Source: the human T2T-CHM13v2.0 reference genome, Homo sapiens
Assembly (NCBI GenBank): GCA_009914755.4
Contig: CP086569.2
Span: forward strand, 3,168,001 to 3,232,000
Direction: 5' to 3'
Length of the DNA stretch: 64,000 bases
The notes beneath the pieces were generated by a model, which did no database searches, was not told the origin of the DNA, and was given only the letters and a program-made list of their open reading frames with translations. This document shows, one piece after another, positions 1-12,513 of this stretch (position 1 is the first letter of the stretch; each line of letters opens with the position of its first letter). A program made the translations under genes and the position numbers.

Positions 1-1937
1 TCTTTTTGTAAACCTCAAGATGCTTTTATAAGCTTATGAACACTATTGGGATTGGGAGTAATCACTCTGTGGTTCTCCCTGAGCATGTTAAAATTGCATG
101 TCATTTATTCTATTAATCGGCCTTTTGTTTGTTGATTTTTCAGCAAAACTTCGGAGGGCAAAGGGGAAGTTTTCTTTGGCCCTTACAACTTTTATTATTT
201 TCACTCAGTTGCTCCCAAGGGGCTCCATAGCCAGTGAAGGTTTCTGGTAGACAGGTTACCTCCTCCAGCACCATAGCATCTGGCCAGGGACTGAGGACAA
301 GAGAGGTCACTACCTCCAATAGATGAAATGTGCCAGAGGACCCATGTTTGGCTTCATCTTGTGGCAAGTAGGACTTGGTGGCCATGCCAAATTTGTGAGG
401 TCTCACTTTCATGATCCAAGGCATAACGGGCTTCTAGGTATGCAGGGTTAGGGGCTCAGGATCTGTGAGGGCCTATCTTCTCAGGGAACCCAGTATATGA
501 CCAGCAATTGCCACTGTAATGGTGCATAGTGCTGAGCCTAATGGGCAGTTTCTCACATCTAAAGCCCAGGACAACTTACATCAAAATGTAACTGCCCAAT
601 GGGTACTCTTTGCCAGTTGCCTAGACAGAGCTGATTTATCAAGACAAGGAAATTGCAATAGAGAAAGAGTAATTCACACAGAGATGACTGTATGGGAGAC
701 CAGAGTTTTATTATTACTCAAATCAGTCTCCAGAAAAACTCAGGGACTGGGGTTTTTAAGGACAATTTGATGGGTAGGGGGCCAGTGAGTCAGGAGTATT
801 GATTGCTAGGGTTTGAGATGAATCACAGGAAGTTGAAGCTATCCTCTTGTGCTGAGTCAGTTCCTGGGTGGGGACCACAAGATCAGATGAGCCAGTCTAT
901 CGATCTGGGTGTTGCCAGCTAATCTATCAAGTGCAGGCTCTGCAAAATATCTCAAGCACTGATCTTAGGTTTTACAACAGCAATGCTATCCCCAGGAGCA
1001 ATTTGGGGAGGGTCAGAATCTTGTAGACTCCAGCTGCATGACTCTGAAACCATAATTTCTATACTTGAGGCTAATTTGATAGTTCTACAAAGGCAGTCTA
1101 GCTCCCAGGCAGGAAGTGGGTTTTTTTGGGAAAGGGCTGTTATCATCTTTGTTTCAAAGTTAAACTATAAAGTACGTTCCTCCCCAAGTTAGTTTGGCCT
1201 ACACTCGGGAATGAACAAGGACAGCTTGGAGGTTATAAGCAAGGTGGAGTCAGGTGAGATCTCTTTCACTGTAATAATTTTCTCAGTTATAATTTTTGCA
1301 ATGGCAGTTTCATAAAGAATCTCTAGGAGTGCCTGTTGATTTCAATTTGGACATATTCTAGATTCTTTTGTTGGAGAGTCTTCCATTTAAAGTTTGTCAA
1401 TTTTAAAGTCACATAGCAGTAATATTAAGCAAAATTTATAAAGGAGGAATATGTTGCCTCCAGAATCCAAAAATGATCAAAAGATGCTGGACTTTTATAA
1501 ATATTATGGGTGCTGAGAACATGAATAGCTCTTTCTTGACAGTGTCAGGGATGAAGCAATCTTCAGTTCACCAAGTGATTTTTAGAAATTTAACAAAGGT
1601 GGCAGGGCTTTTCACTATATATGGAGCAATGACTTATTTTTTTTGGAAACTCCCTTGTATTTGTATTTCCTTAATCAGCATATCAAACAAACCTTCTCAG
1701 AGGAGAATGTAATCAATGTAATATACTCATGCTCCTGAAAAAAAAGACAGCAGAGTTAATATCTTGCCTACAAAAATTGTGTGTAATGGCAAGGCTACTG
1801 AAATACACCATAGGTAGCATGATACAGGTGTATTGTGTCCCTTCAAAGGGAAAAGTAAACTTCAGCAGAGAGGCATTGAAATAGAAATTGAACAGAACGT
1901 GTTAGCCAAATTTATAATAGGACAATATTTCCCTGTT

Positions 1938-2045
1938 GCTATTTGGAGGGAGTCAGTATTTTCAGTGATATTGGGCATAGGAGGCCTTAGTGCTATTTGG
2001 AGGGAGTCAGTATTTTCAGTGATATTGGGCATAGGAGGCCTTAGT
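1938..2045. repeat. Perfect 54-bp tandem duplication (two identical copies of gctatttggagggagtcagtattttcagtgatattgggcataggaggccttagt)
   Basis: Direct read: unit 1938-1991 is repeated exactly at 1992-2045. It explains the mirrored ORFs 1833..2051(+) and 1862..2098(-), which contain duplicated peptide segments. Confidence 0.9.
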
Positions 2046-2606
2046 GGATGAGACCATAACATTAAAGTTGCAGTAATCTGCCATGAGAAACTATTCATTT
2101 TTTCCAGGTTTAAGAGCTGGCCAAATAAGTTGTTAAATGGAAAAGCTGTGGGGATAATTACCTTTTTACTAATTAGGTACTTGTGTTCAGATAATAACTC
2201 TCTGACACCAGCTAGGTGTCCTGATATTCAATTCAATTTTGATCATGACTATCTGAAATTAGTGCAGACCCCAAATGTTAAGTCCCACAGACTACCCTCA
2301 CTTTAAATGTCAGTCCCAAGTTCTGGGTGCCACCTGCACTTTCAACTGACCAACTATAAATGTAGGGTTTCCCTTAAATTATGATAATTCACTAGAATTA
2401 CTTACAAAACTCTCAGGCAAGTGTTATATTATGGGTACTGTTGTATTATAAATTACATAAATAAACAGTCAGATGAAGAGATACGTAAGGCAAGGGAGTG
2501 CAGTAGCACAACATTTCTGTCCCGGTGTTGTTGGGGTGTGCCATCCTCCCATTACATAAACATGTTTACCAGGCAAGAAGCTCTCCAAGTCTCATTGTAC
2601 AGAGTT

Positions 2607-2640
2607 TTTTTTTTTGTTTTTTTGTTTTTTTGTTTTTTTT
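2607..2640. repeat. T-rich low-complexity tract (T7-11 G)n
   Basis: Direct read: tttttttttttgtttttttgtttttttgtttttttt. Confidence 0.8.
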
Positions 2641-3289
2641 GGTGGAAGTTTTACCATGTAGGCATGCTTAATTACATCAGTGGCCAAGTTATTTAACTCA
2701 ATCTTCAGCCCTTCTCCCTTCCCTGAAGGTAATAAAGTGGGGTTGAAAATTTTTTTCTGCCTAATCATGTGGTTGGTTTTTCTGGCAACCAACTCCCATC
2801 CTGAAGTTATCTAGGGACCCTGCCATGAGTCACCTTCTTAGCATAAACTCTGGTATGGTCCCAAGGGGCTTTTTAAAAATAACAAAGGACATTTCTATCA
2901 CTCAGGAAATATCAAACATTTTTTGAAACTCTGTGCCAAGAAGGGAGAACAAAAGTCCAAATAGATTTACATTTAATATACTATAGTCTTATATAATACA
3001 TTTCAATTGTTGAAATGTATTGTTTTAATTTATACTGGGCTATGTTGACTATTTTACCTTGAGGTTTATAGGGTACCATTTTGTCAATCTATTGTATAAA
3101 TGACAGAAACAATTTAATTTTATGATAACTAAGGTGACTTATACCTGTTAATCTTCTATTGTATATTTAGTTAACCCCCACTAAGATTATAGTAGGTACT
3201 GTTATATTAGATAGCTAGTCAGACATGAACAGGGAAGGAGAGGCCCCCACCACTACCAGGAATGTCAGGCAACTATCAGGTGATGGTCA

Positions 3290-3870
3290 GGTAGTTGTTA
3301 AACTGTTTCTCTAAAATAATAATTGGTCTCAGCTGGCATCAGGGAACGGTAGTCTCCAAATGGATATAGGAAACCTAGGGGCTGGTGATCGGCAGATTCC
3401 TGATGGGACCTTGGGAGCTGGGTGAGTGGGTTCAAGCATATTCACTAAAAGGCAAAATGGCAGAATATAACTGGTATATGACCTCCTAGGGACATTCAAC
3501 TGGTAAAGGAAGAATGTCTCAAGTGAGCATGTATAAAACTCCAATAAATGCACTGCACATGCTCACCTCCCAAGTGCTGGTAGGCCACTTTGCATGTGGA
3601 CAGCCCACCCCAAGGGAAGAACCAGGGGAGAAGGGACCCAAGACCCCAGAAATATACCAACATATAAAACCCCTAGTCAAAAGGTCAAACAGTGCCGTTG
3701 ATCTCTCAAGTCGCCCATTGGCCCTCTTCCAAGCATACACATTTCTTTCTAATACTCTCTAATAAACTTCACTTCTGCTTTAAAATTTGCCTCAGTCTCT
3801 CCTTCTGCCTTATGCCCCTCAGTTGAAATATTGCTTCTGAGGAGGCAAGAATTGAGTTTGTTGCAGACCT
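3290..3870 (+). mobile_element. Solitary LTR-like element (ERV-class, family not resolved) with a TATA-like box and a poly(A) signal
   Basis: The segment has U3-R-U5-like organisation: a catataaaacccc TATA-like box near 3663, then aataaacttcacttctgc (AATAAA) near 3761. The wording ccaataaatgcactgcacatgctcacctcccaagtgctgg resembles retroviral LTRs. Family assignment is recall-based and uncertain. Confidence 0.35.
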
Positions 3871-3892
3871 GTATGGATTCACTGCCACTAAC

Positions 3893-3978
3893 ATACTCTG
3901 GTGCTCCGTGACTCAGATACGTTCTGCTGCTAATATACTTTGGTGCCGTGTGACTCATACATTCTGCTGCTACAGTAC
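3893..3978. repeat. Imperfect ~43-bp tandem duplication
   Basis: tactctggtgctccgtgactcagatacgttctgctgctaata is followed by tactttggtgccgtgtgactcatacattctgctgctacagtac. Confidence 0.5.
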
Positions 3979-4222
3979 TATGTTTAAATTTAATGAGATT
4001 CCCAGGTATAACTGTAATTTGAAACCCAGTATTAAATTTACAAGAGTTTTCCTGTTGGTACATTTTAACAGATGTTACAGTTAATTCACAACTTGTGTTT
4101 TAAAGGTGCAAAAGCCAGTCAGTCCATTAAATAAATGGTGCTGGGAAAACTAAGTGTTCACAAGCCAAAGCATGAAGAGGAGCCCTTACCTTACAGCATA
4201 TAAAATTTTTAATTCATAATAA

Positions 4223-4616
<394 letters not shown>

Positions 4617-4689
4617 GAAATGATCCCTTTAATATGACAAGCACAGGCAACAGAAGAAAAGAGATACATTGGACTACGCCTTTGACTTA

Positions 4690-5310
4690 TAAAAACTTTT
4701 AAAAATCAAAGGGCACTATCAACAGAGTAAAAAGGAAACACATAAAATGGGAGAAGATATTCACAAATCATAGTTGACAAGGAGCTAATATCCAGAATAA
4801 ATACAAAACTTATACAACTCATCAACAAAAAGACAAACTGTCCAGTTGAAAATTGGATGAAGGACTTCAGTTGACACTTATTCAAATATTTACAAATAAC
4901 CAATATGCACATAAAAACATGATCAACATCATACACCATCAGAGAAATGCAAATCAAAACCATAATGAGATACCATTTCACACTCATTAGGATGAATGTT
5001 ATCAAAAACACATACAATAACAAGTGTTGGTACAGATTAGGAGAAATTAGAACCCATGTGCTTTATTGGTGGGAATATAAATGATGCAACTGCTGTGGAA
5101 AAAAGTATGGAATGGCAGGTCCTCAAAAAATTAAAAGTACAAATGCTGTATAATTCAGCAACTCTACCCAAAATAATTGAAAGCAGCAATTTAAACAGAT
5201 ATTTGTATACCCTTCTTCATAGCATTATTATTCACAACAGCCAAAAGGTGCAAGCAACCCAAGTATCTATTGGTTGATGAATGGATAAACAAAATGTGAC
5301 ATATAGCACC
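4690..5310 (+). mobile_element. L1 ORF2 C-terminal fragment (older L1, truncated at both ends)
   Basis: Sense-strand L1 ORF2 3' region: aaagggcactatcaacagagtaaaaaggaaacacataaaatgggagaagatattcacaaatcat...catcagagaaatgcaaatcaaaaccataatgagataccatttcacactcattaggatg...ggttgatgaatggataaacaaaatgtg. It matches the conserved EWEKIFAN / [13 protein letters not shown] region of L1 ORF2. Confidence 0.75.
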
Positions 5311-8011
5311 TGGGATTAAGTCCATTTTTAATTAACCCCTTCATTGTGCCACAGGGGTGACATGGGTCTTTTCTCCTATAACACTAAGGCCAGAACTTTG
5401 TTGAAACAAAGCCATAAACAGAAAAATGGCACAGCAGGTTTTGAGCGTCACAACTCAGATGACAAACATCCTTCCTTTCCTCACATTTTATTTTTATTTT
5501 TTCTCTGCATAAATTTCCTCATAATATTTTGGATTTCTAGCCGTATAAAGTCATGGCTTTCAGTTTCTGTCTCCATCCAATTTTGCATGAGTGGTAACAT
5601 TCTGCATAGTTACAGAGATAGTTTTGGAAGCATGTGGCCTGGACTGCCTCTTAGGCAGCCACCTACTTTCTCCAGGGATTGCCAGTCAATTTGCCTGAGA
5701 TTGAATTCCACCTCTGGTAAGATCATTTTGCCTGTGGCATGGCCAGAGGCCATCAAGCCCCAGTATCACAAGAGTACCCCTTTGATGTGCTTATAAGTAG
5801 CAATATTGAGTAAAACCCAGGTACCTCGGCTAGTTGTTTTGCATTAGAATAGCTTGTTTTTTGATCCTTTCTCATCACCAGCCACCATGGATGTGTACCT
5901 CAATACACTTAGGGTTTAGGAGAATGTGTGCAACAACAGCAAGGCAAGCAGCAGCACAGAAAATATGTGAAGTTGTTACCCTCACCTGAATAACAATGAC
6001 TCTTGTTAAGCACCAGGGTGCCATGTTTGATTCTTCCCAAGGTGGTGATCTCCTTTGTTTTCACAATCCTCACCAAGGTCTATGCCTGGGTCTATCCCAA
6101 GGGTACACAATCACAAAAATGTCTGTATGGATCTCTCCACCAGCCAATGACAGTCACCAGGCTAGACACATTTGACCAGAGAGCTCTAGGCTGATTCTTG
6201 GAAAGTATGACTCAATAGCCAACCAGTTAGGCTGCTGTGTTTTTGCCACCTTTATAGGTGGTAGACTTGAAGACCACCAGAGGCCAAACTCATCTGCACA
6301 TTATGCTGTCGTCAATTAATAACAATTCTTGCCTTTTGTATGAGAGTATTTTAGGGTAGGAAGAGATAGAGACAACAAAGTACCTTAAAAGCCAACATTC
6401 AAAACTAAGATAATCAGAAATTGGCAGTTCTGTCAAAGGCAGCCTTTTCCTACCATGGAACCAGTTAGTTAACGAACAACAGTTAATTAGAACTGACCAG
6501 GTGACCACAGCAATGGTTGGATAATTCTGTTCATGATAGCAATTGTTATAATCACTTTCTACTTAGCTTATTGATGAGAATGGATTCTTACCTGAGAATT
6601 ACGGGGGTGGCCAAACACACAACACCTCTCACTGGACAGTTAAGTTTATTAGTCACACAGACACACAGCGCAGGGTATGAGGGCACTGCCTAGTGTACAT
6701 GGCCACCCAGAGATTACAGTAGGGAATGGAGTGGACAAGCATTGGCTTTGTGAGATAGCCTTTTTAGTAACAGAAGTGTGGGATAACTCCTGATTCCTGA
6801 AGGAAGATGTGATTGGCTAGTTTGAATAATTCTACAGGCTGGCAGTGAACTGAAACTTGCTACTCATGAAAAAGCAAGAATTGCATCTGGTCCACTTACA
6901 GAGGATGATTTGTTTGTCTGGGATACCTTATCCTTGTGAATAGAATAGGGAGGGGAACTTGGAGTTAAGTCATTCAATGTCTGTCTTATTTCCCCATATG
7001 TAAAAGCAGCAAATACTATTGTGACTAAGTTTCAGACCTTACATGACATCTTTTTGTGTTCTTGTTGGTTTCATTTGAAGAATGCTAGTTTTTAATTTTT
7101 ATGTAGTTGAATTTGTTTACTTTTGTCTTTTGTCACTTGTGTCACATCTATAAAATTATTATCTAACCCAAGGTCTTAGTTTACTTCTATTTTTTTCTTC
7201 TATGAGTTTTATGGTGTTAGCTCTTCTATTTATTTTTTTGATACATATTTACTTAATTTTTGTATATGTATGAGGCAGGGGTTTAAATTTATTATTTTGT
7301 ATGATGATATCTAGTTGCCCCAGGATTATTTGTGGAAAATATCTTTTCCTCCATTCAAGTGTCTTGGTACTCATTTTGAATCAACTCATTATTCCACTAT
7401 TACTTTCCTTATGATAGCACCACAAAGTCTTGATTACTGTAGATTTATAGGAGGTTTTGAAATGAGGGAGTGAGTACTCCAAATTCGTTTTTTGTTTTTA
7501 AACAGTTTTAGCTATTCTTGGTTTCTCATATCTGCATGCAAATTTTAATATCAATTTGTCAATTTCTGAAAAGAAAGGAAAAAAGGCAGCTGGGATTTTT
7601 ACATGGATTTTTACACAATCCCTGTAAAATTAATGTGAGTATTGTATGTCATTGAATCTGTATATTAATATGGACATTAATGCCATCTTAACATTATTAA
7701 CACTTCTAATCCATGAATATGACATGTTTCTCTATTTAGGTCTTCTTTAATTTCTTTCAGTGGTGATTTGTATTAATTTGTGTATAAGTCTCGCATCTAT
7801 CTTGTTAAATTTATTCTAGTCTTCGTTGCTGTAATACAGTATATAATCATGCAATTGGTTTTTGTATATCGATATGTCCTTCAAATTTGTTGGACTCATT
7901 GACTAGCTCTAATGGTGGATGCTTTGAATTGTTTTATATAACATGATATTATGAGCAAATTCTAGTCTTATTTCCTAAATTGACAGGGGTTTTTAATTCA
8001 TTTTTTCCTTT

Positions 8012-8319
8012 TCTTCTTCTTCTTCTTCTTTTTTTTTTTTCTTTTGAGACAGAGTCTTGCTTATAATCCAGGCTGGAGTGCAGTGAGTGGCAGGATCACA
8101 GCTTCACTGCAGGCTCAAGCAGTCCTCCCACCTCAGTCTCCTAAGTAGCTAGAACTACAGGCATGTGCCCCCACACTTGGCTAATTTTTAAAAATCTTTT
8201 GTAGAGACAGGGTCTCACTATATTACCCAGGCTGCTCTCGAACTCGTGAACTTAAGCCATTCTCCCAGCCTGGCCTCCCAAAGTGTTGAGATTACAAGCA
8301 GGAGCCACCGTGCCAGGAC
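8012..8319 (-). mobile_element. Alu element antisense (older S/J-like) with (TTC)n/T-rich tail
   Basis: cttcttcttcttc tttttttttttt cttttgagacagagtcttgcttataatccaggctggagtgcagtgagtggcaggatcacagcttcactgcaggctcaagc ... cctcccaaagtgttgagattacaagcaggagccaccgtgccaggac. Confidence 0.9.
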
Positions 8320-10472
8320 TAAAATTTTTTTTTTGACTAATTTTTATGGCAAGAATGTCCAGTACAATGTCAAATAGAAGTGATGATAGAAGACCTCTTT
8401 GTGTTATCCCTAATTTAAAAGAGAAGCTTCCAATATTTTCTCATTTAATATGGTATTAGTTGTAGATGTTCTTCATCAAGTTGATGAATGTCTGTTCTAT
8501 TCCTAGTGGCAATGGATAAGATCTATATATAAGTTCTATTAGAATAATAATGTTCTAGACAAAACTAGGAATAAATCATTTATAATTAAAAGTATAATTT
8601 ATCATAAAATATTTTTGAAAATATAAGATGTAACCAGAGCAAATATTTTAAAATAGGAAATGTTCCTGTCCACTTTAGAACATCCAATATCAGGGGGTTG
8701 GTTAATTAACTTTTCCTTCTATAATGAAATATCAGGTATCTGAGGCCTAAAAATTCTTAAGATGAAATAATGCCAATTATTCTACAATTAGATAAGGGGT
8801 TTAAGAAGTGGAGAACCTGCCTGCAGTGTCATATGGGAACTTGTTTCAGGAACTTACTCCTTCAAATCTAAACTGCCAATGACAGTGTTTGTCAACATTC
8901 TCTAGACTTGGTATTAGAATAGAATAAGACAAATTATGCTGCTGTAATCATTTTGACCATAAAATTTCAGTGGCATAGTCCAACAAAATTTATTTGTTAC
9001 ACGACGTCAGATGGTGTTTAGTGTTATCCAACTATCATCCAGTAACTCAGGGATTCAATGTCATGAAGAGAGTTTTCCCAGTTCAGTTTAAGTGCGATTT
9101 TGACACATGGCCACAAACACACATATGAAAATAAGGAGAAGCACAGAAATAGTGAGCACTGAATGTCTGCTATAAGCACCTCATCTAAATCAGACAATAC
9201 ACTTTACTCAAGATACAATTACAAAAACAGGGTTTGTGACCTTCTGGATGTACGTGGTATTTTGAGGAAACCAAAGGAATAAGTAATCTATTGCACTACA
9301 ATGTAACACATTGATCATATAGTAGAGGACTATGAGACAGTTATTTGTGGTGTTAATTGCACAATTAGGGAGGATAAAAGAAGAGAAAGTTTTCCTAGAA
9401 GAAGTAATATTTAAGAATTCAATAGCTTAGCATGGAGGAGGAGAAAGAGCACAATGTGATTTAGGCACAGAAAGAAATGTTCACATTCCCAGCAAGTGGG
9501 TGTTAGAACATAATGAGATATATTCTCTAGAAAGATTTCTCAGGAAGAAATAAAAGGGGTAACCAAAGAAAGCACTGAAGGCAGACAGAAAATGTGAACA
9601 GCTATTAAAATTTACCATTACCTCAGGGCACACACCTTAAAAATCCCAGATCACTATGGTGGATAGTTTTCCACGGTCTTCATCCTTGGCAGGCCACACA
9701 TTTTTAATTGGTTTATCAAGACATTAAAGCCGTCAATAGCTCACAATCAAAATAAAATTATTTAAAGGGCTCAATTATTTGGTTTCATCTTTTCTCACAG
9801 ATCTTTACCTAGTCCTTAGATTTTTTGATGAATTTAAGAACAAATTTTAGTATACTCCGAACCATATTCAACATTTTTTTGAACTAGAAAGTTCTGTTCA
9901 AATTAATTAGTCTATCATTATGAGAGTAATTATTTCATCAATAATCCCAACCTCTATTTCCGCTAAATATGCTGATTTGATCTTCCTGAGAAAAATAAGT
10001 GTGTTCAATGGGTTCTTTTCATTCTTGACCTATTCAAATACTACCCAGGATTTAGCTTGATCTTGTCTCATGTATAAAGCTTCTCTTGGCCACCCCAGAT
10101 CAAAATAACCTCTCCTGCCTTTTTGCTTTTATTTCACTTGTCTGTGTCTATCACAGTAGCTAATCCCTATAGTTAATTTTATGTGTTAATTTAGAGGGTA
10201 TTTGTGTATGAGATTAATATTAAAACTGGTTCTGGTGAACTTTGAATAAACATGTTTCCCTTCATCATGTGGATAAGCATTATGTAATCAATTAAATGCC
10301 CAAACAGAACAAAAAGACTAGCCTTTCCAAGCAAGAGGAAATTCTCTCCAACAAACTGTCTTGGAATCCATCTGCACCATAGGCTTTCCTGGGGCTTAAG
10401 GCAGCTGGCCCACAACACAAATTTTGGTTTTCTCAGCCTTTGTAATCACATTAGCCAATTCCTCATAATTTT

Positions 10473-10508
10473 TCTCTCTCTCTCCTCTCTCTCTCTATAT
10501 ATATATAA
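10473..10508. repeat. (CT)n(TA)n compound microsatellite
   Basis: tttctctctctctcctctctctctctatatatatata. Confidence 0.85.
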
Positions 10509-11329
10509 TAAACAGACACACATATGTGTATGTAGACAAATATATATATCCTATTTTTTCTATTTTTCTGAAGAGCACAGAGCAGAACACTACTGTATAA
10601 ACACTTTCAAAATATGTGTATTTTTCCTAAATCAATCCATTTGTTAGGTACTCAGACACCGCCATAACATCTATAATAGATTCAGAAAATTTACTATTTT
10701 ATTTTCAAAACATTGATTGTATTTTAACACCTATTTCAGCTCAGTTATTCTGTGCTTTATTCAGCTTCACATCTTCCATAAAGTCTAACACAATGATTAG
10801 CACAAAGCAAGAAATAAAGTTTATTAACAGTTATAAAAAGCATACATGACTGATAAATTAATAAAGATTTACTTTTAATAGTACCTAGGATTATGAAAAA
10901 ATTAAATAATTGACATAAGTAAAAATTATTGTTCACCAAAATACATCCCAGTATTTGTATTGTTTTCCTACAAGCGTGGTCATGATCTATGCTAAAGAAT
11001 ATCCTATTTTACAACTGTATTCCTTTCAAATATATTTTATCTTCTCAGGTATGTGTAAATGTTTACTTCTTGCAAAATAATTATGGTGATAAGGGCAAGG
11101 CCATATTGATTTACTGTCTAGTATGCTTCATAAGTGGTCTACATGTTTAACCGATAAGTTAGCACCTCACACAATATATTCCCTTTTAAATCCCAAAATA
11201 AATGTTTGGTATTACAAACTTTCAGTACATTGTCTTTGAAATGTCAGCAGGAGTAACATTTTTTGAAGTCATGGAATTTATGTTTGCATTTTCAAAGATG
11301 GCAGTGCAGTACTTCCATACAATGATTTT

Positions 11330-11694
11330 ACGTTGGTTTTCTGTTCCTGGGTGTTTGCTAAGGATGATGACTTCCAGCTCCATCCGTGTTCCTGTAAATG
11401 ATATGAACTCATTCCTTTTTATGGCTGCAAAGAAAATACCACATGTTCTCATTTATGAGTTGGAGCTAACTGATGAGAACACATGGACACACAGAGGGAA
11501 ACAGCAGACACTGAGGCCTACCTGAAGGTGGAGGGTGGGAGAAGGGAGAGGATCAGGAAAAATAACTAATGGGTACTAGGCTTAATACCTGAGTGATAAA
11601 CTAATCTATACAACATACCTCCATAACACGAGTTTACCTATATAAGAAACCTGAACATGTACTCCTGAATTTAAAATAAATGTTTAAAAAATAG
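11330..11694 (+). mobile_element. Short L1 3'-end insertion with 5' inversion (inverted arm 11330-11424, direct arm 11425-11694)
   Basis: 11330-11424 reads as antisense L1 3' region: tttacgttggttttctgttcctgggtgtttgctaaggatgatgacttccagctccatccgtgttcctgtaaatgatatgaactcattcctttttatggctgc. 11425-11694 reads as sense L1 3' end: aaagaaaataccacatgttctcatttatgagttggagctaactgatgagaacacatggacacacagagggaaacagc ... cctgaatttaaaataaatgtttaaaaaatag. The two arms overlap by about 15-20 bp of L1 sequence (aaacaccgcatg region). Confidence 0.65.
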
Positions 11695-11718
11695 TTGTGC
11701 TTTGATATTTGCAGTTCA

Positions 11719-11782
11719 TATATATATATAATATATACATATACATATATATACACATATACATATATATATATATATATAT
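11719..11782. repeat. (TA)n / (TATACA)n microsatellite
   Basis: atatatatatataatatatacatatacatatatatacacatatacatatatatatatatatat. It accounts for the YIYIYV ORFs at 11634..11900(-) and 11695..11904(+). Confidence 0.9.
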
Positions 11783-12129
11783 TTTTTAAGTGTGGCCAAT
11801 CGTACACCTTTAACATTGGGTATGGCAGCTGGAATATTGCAGATAACACAAAAACTGATAACACATCAAGGCCACAAATTAAGAAGATGAACTTTCTCAA
11901 ATGAGGGAGTGATTTTTCTTACCATGGTTTTCACTAATGTCAAATTGAATGGTAAGATGTGGGGCCATTGCAATGTTTTTCTTATGGCGAAATCACATGC
12001 ATTTTACCCTAACCTGTTAAGCAAATGTAAACTGGACTTGTGTCTTAGCTATATCACTGAGTCTAAAAACATTGACTCAATTTGTTTGTTGTGCCAAATT
12101 TTCAGCCAACTTAAATGGCATTGAACTGA

Positions 12130-12513
<384 letters not shown>

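Noticed and set aside
5344-5796. 150-aa ORF as a gene
   Set aside because: The predicted peptide is low complexity (LFLFFLCINFLIIF) and has no recognisable domain. An isolated ORF of this size in AT-rich mammalian intergenic DNA is expected by chance. It is retained only as a weak finding.
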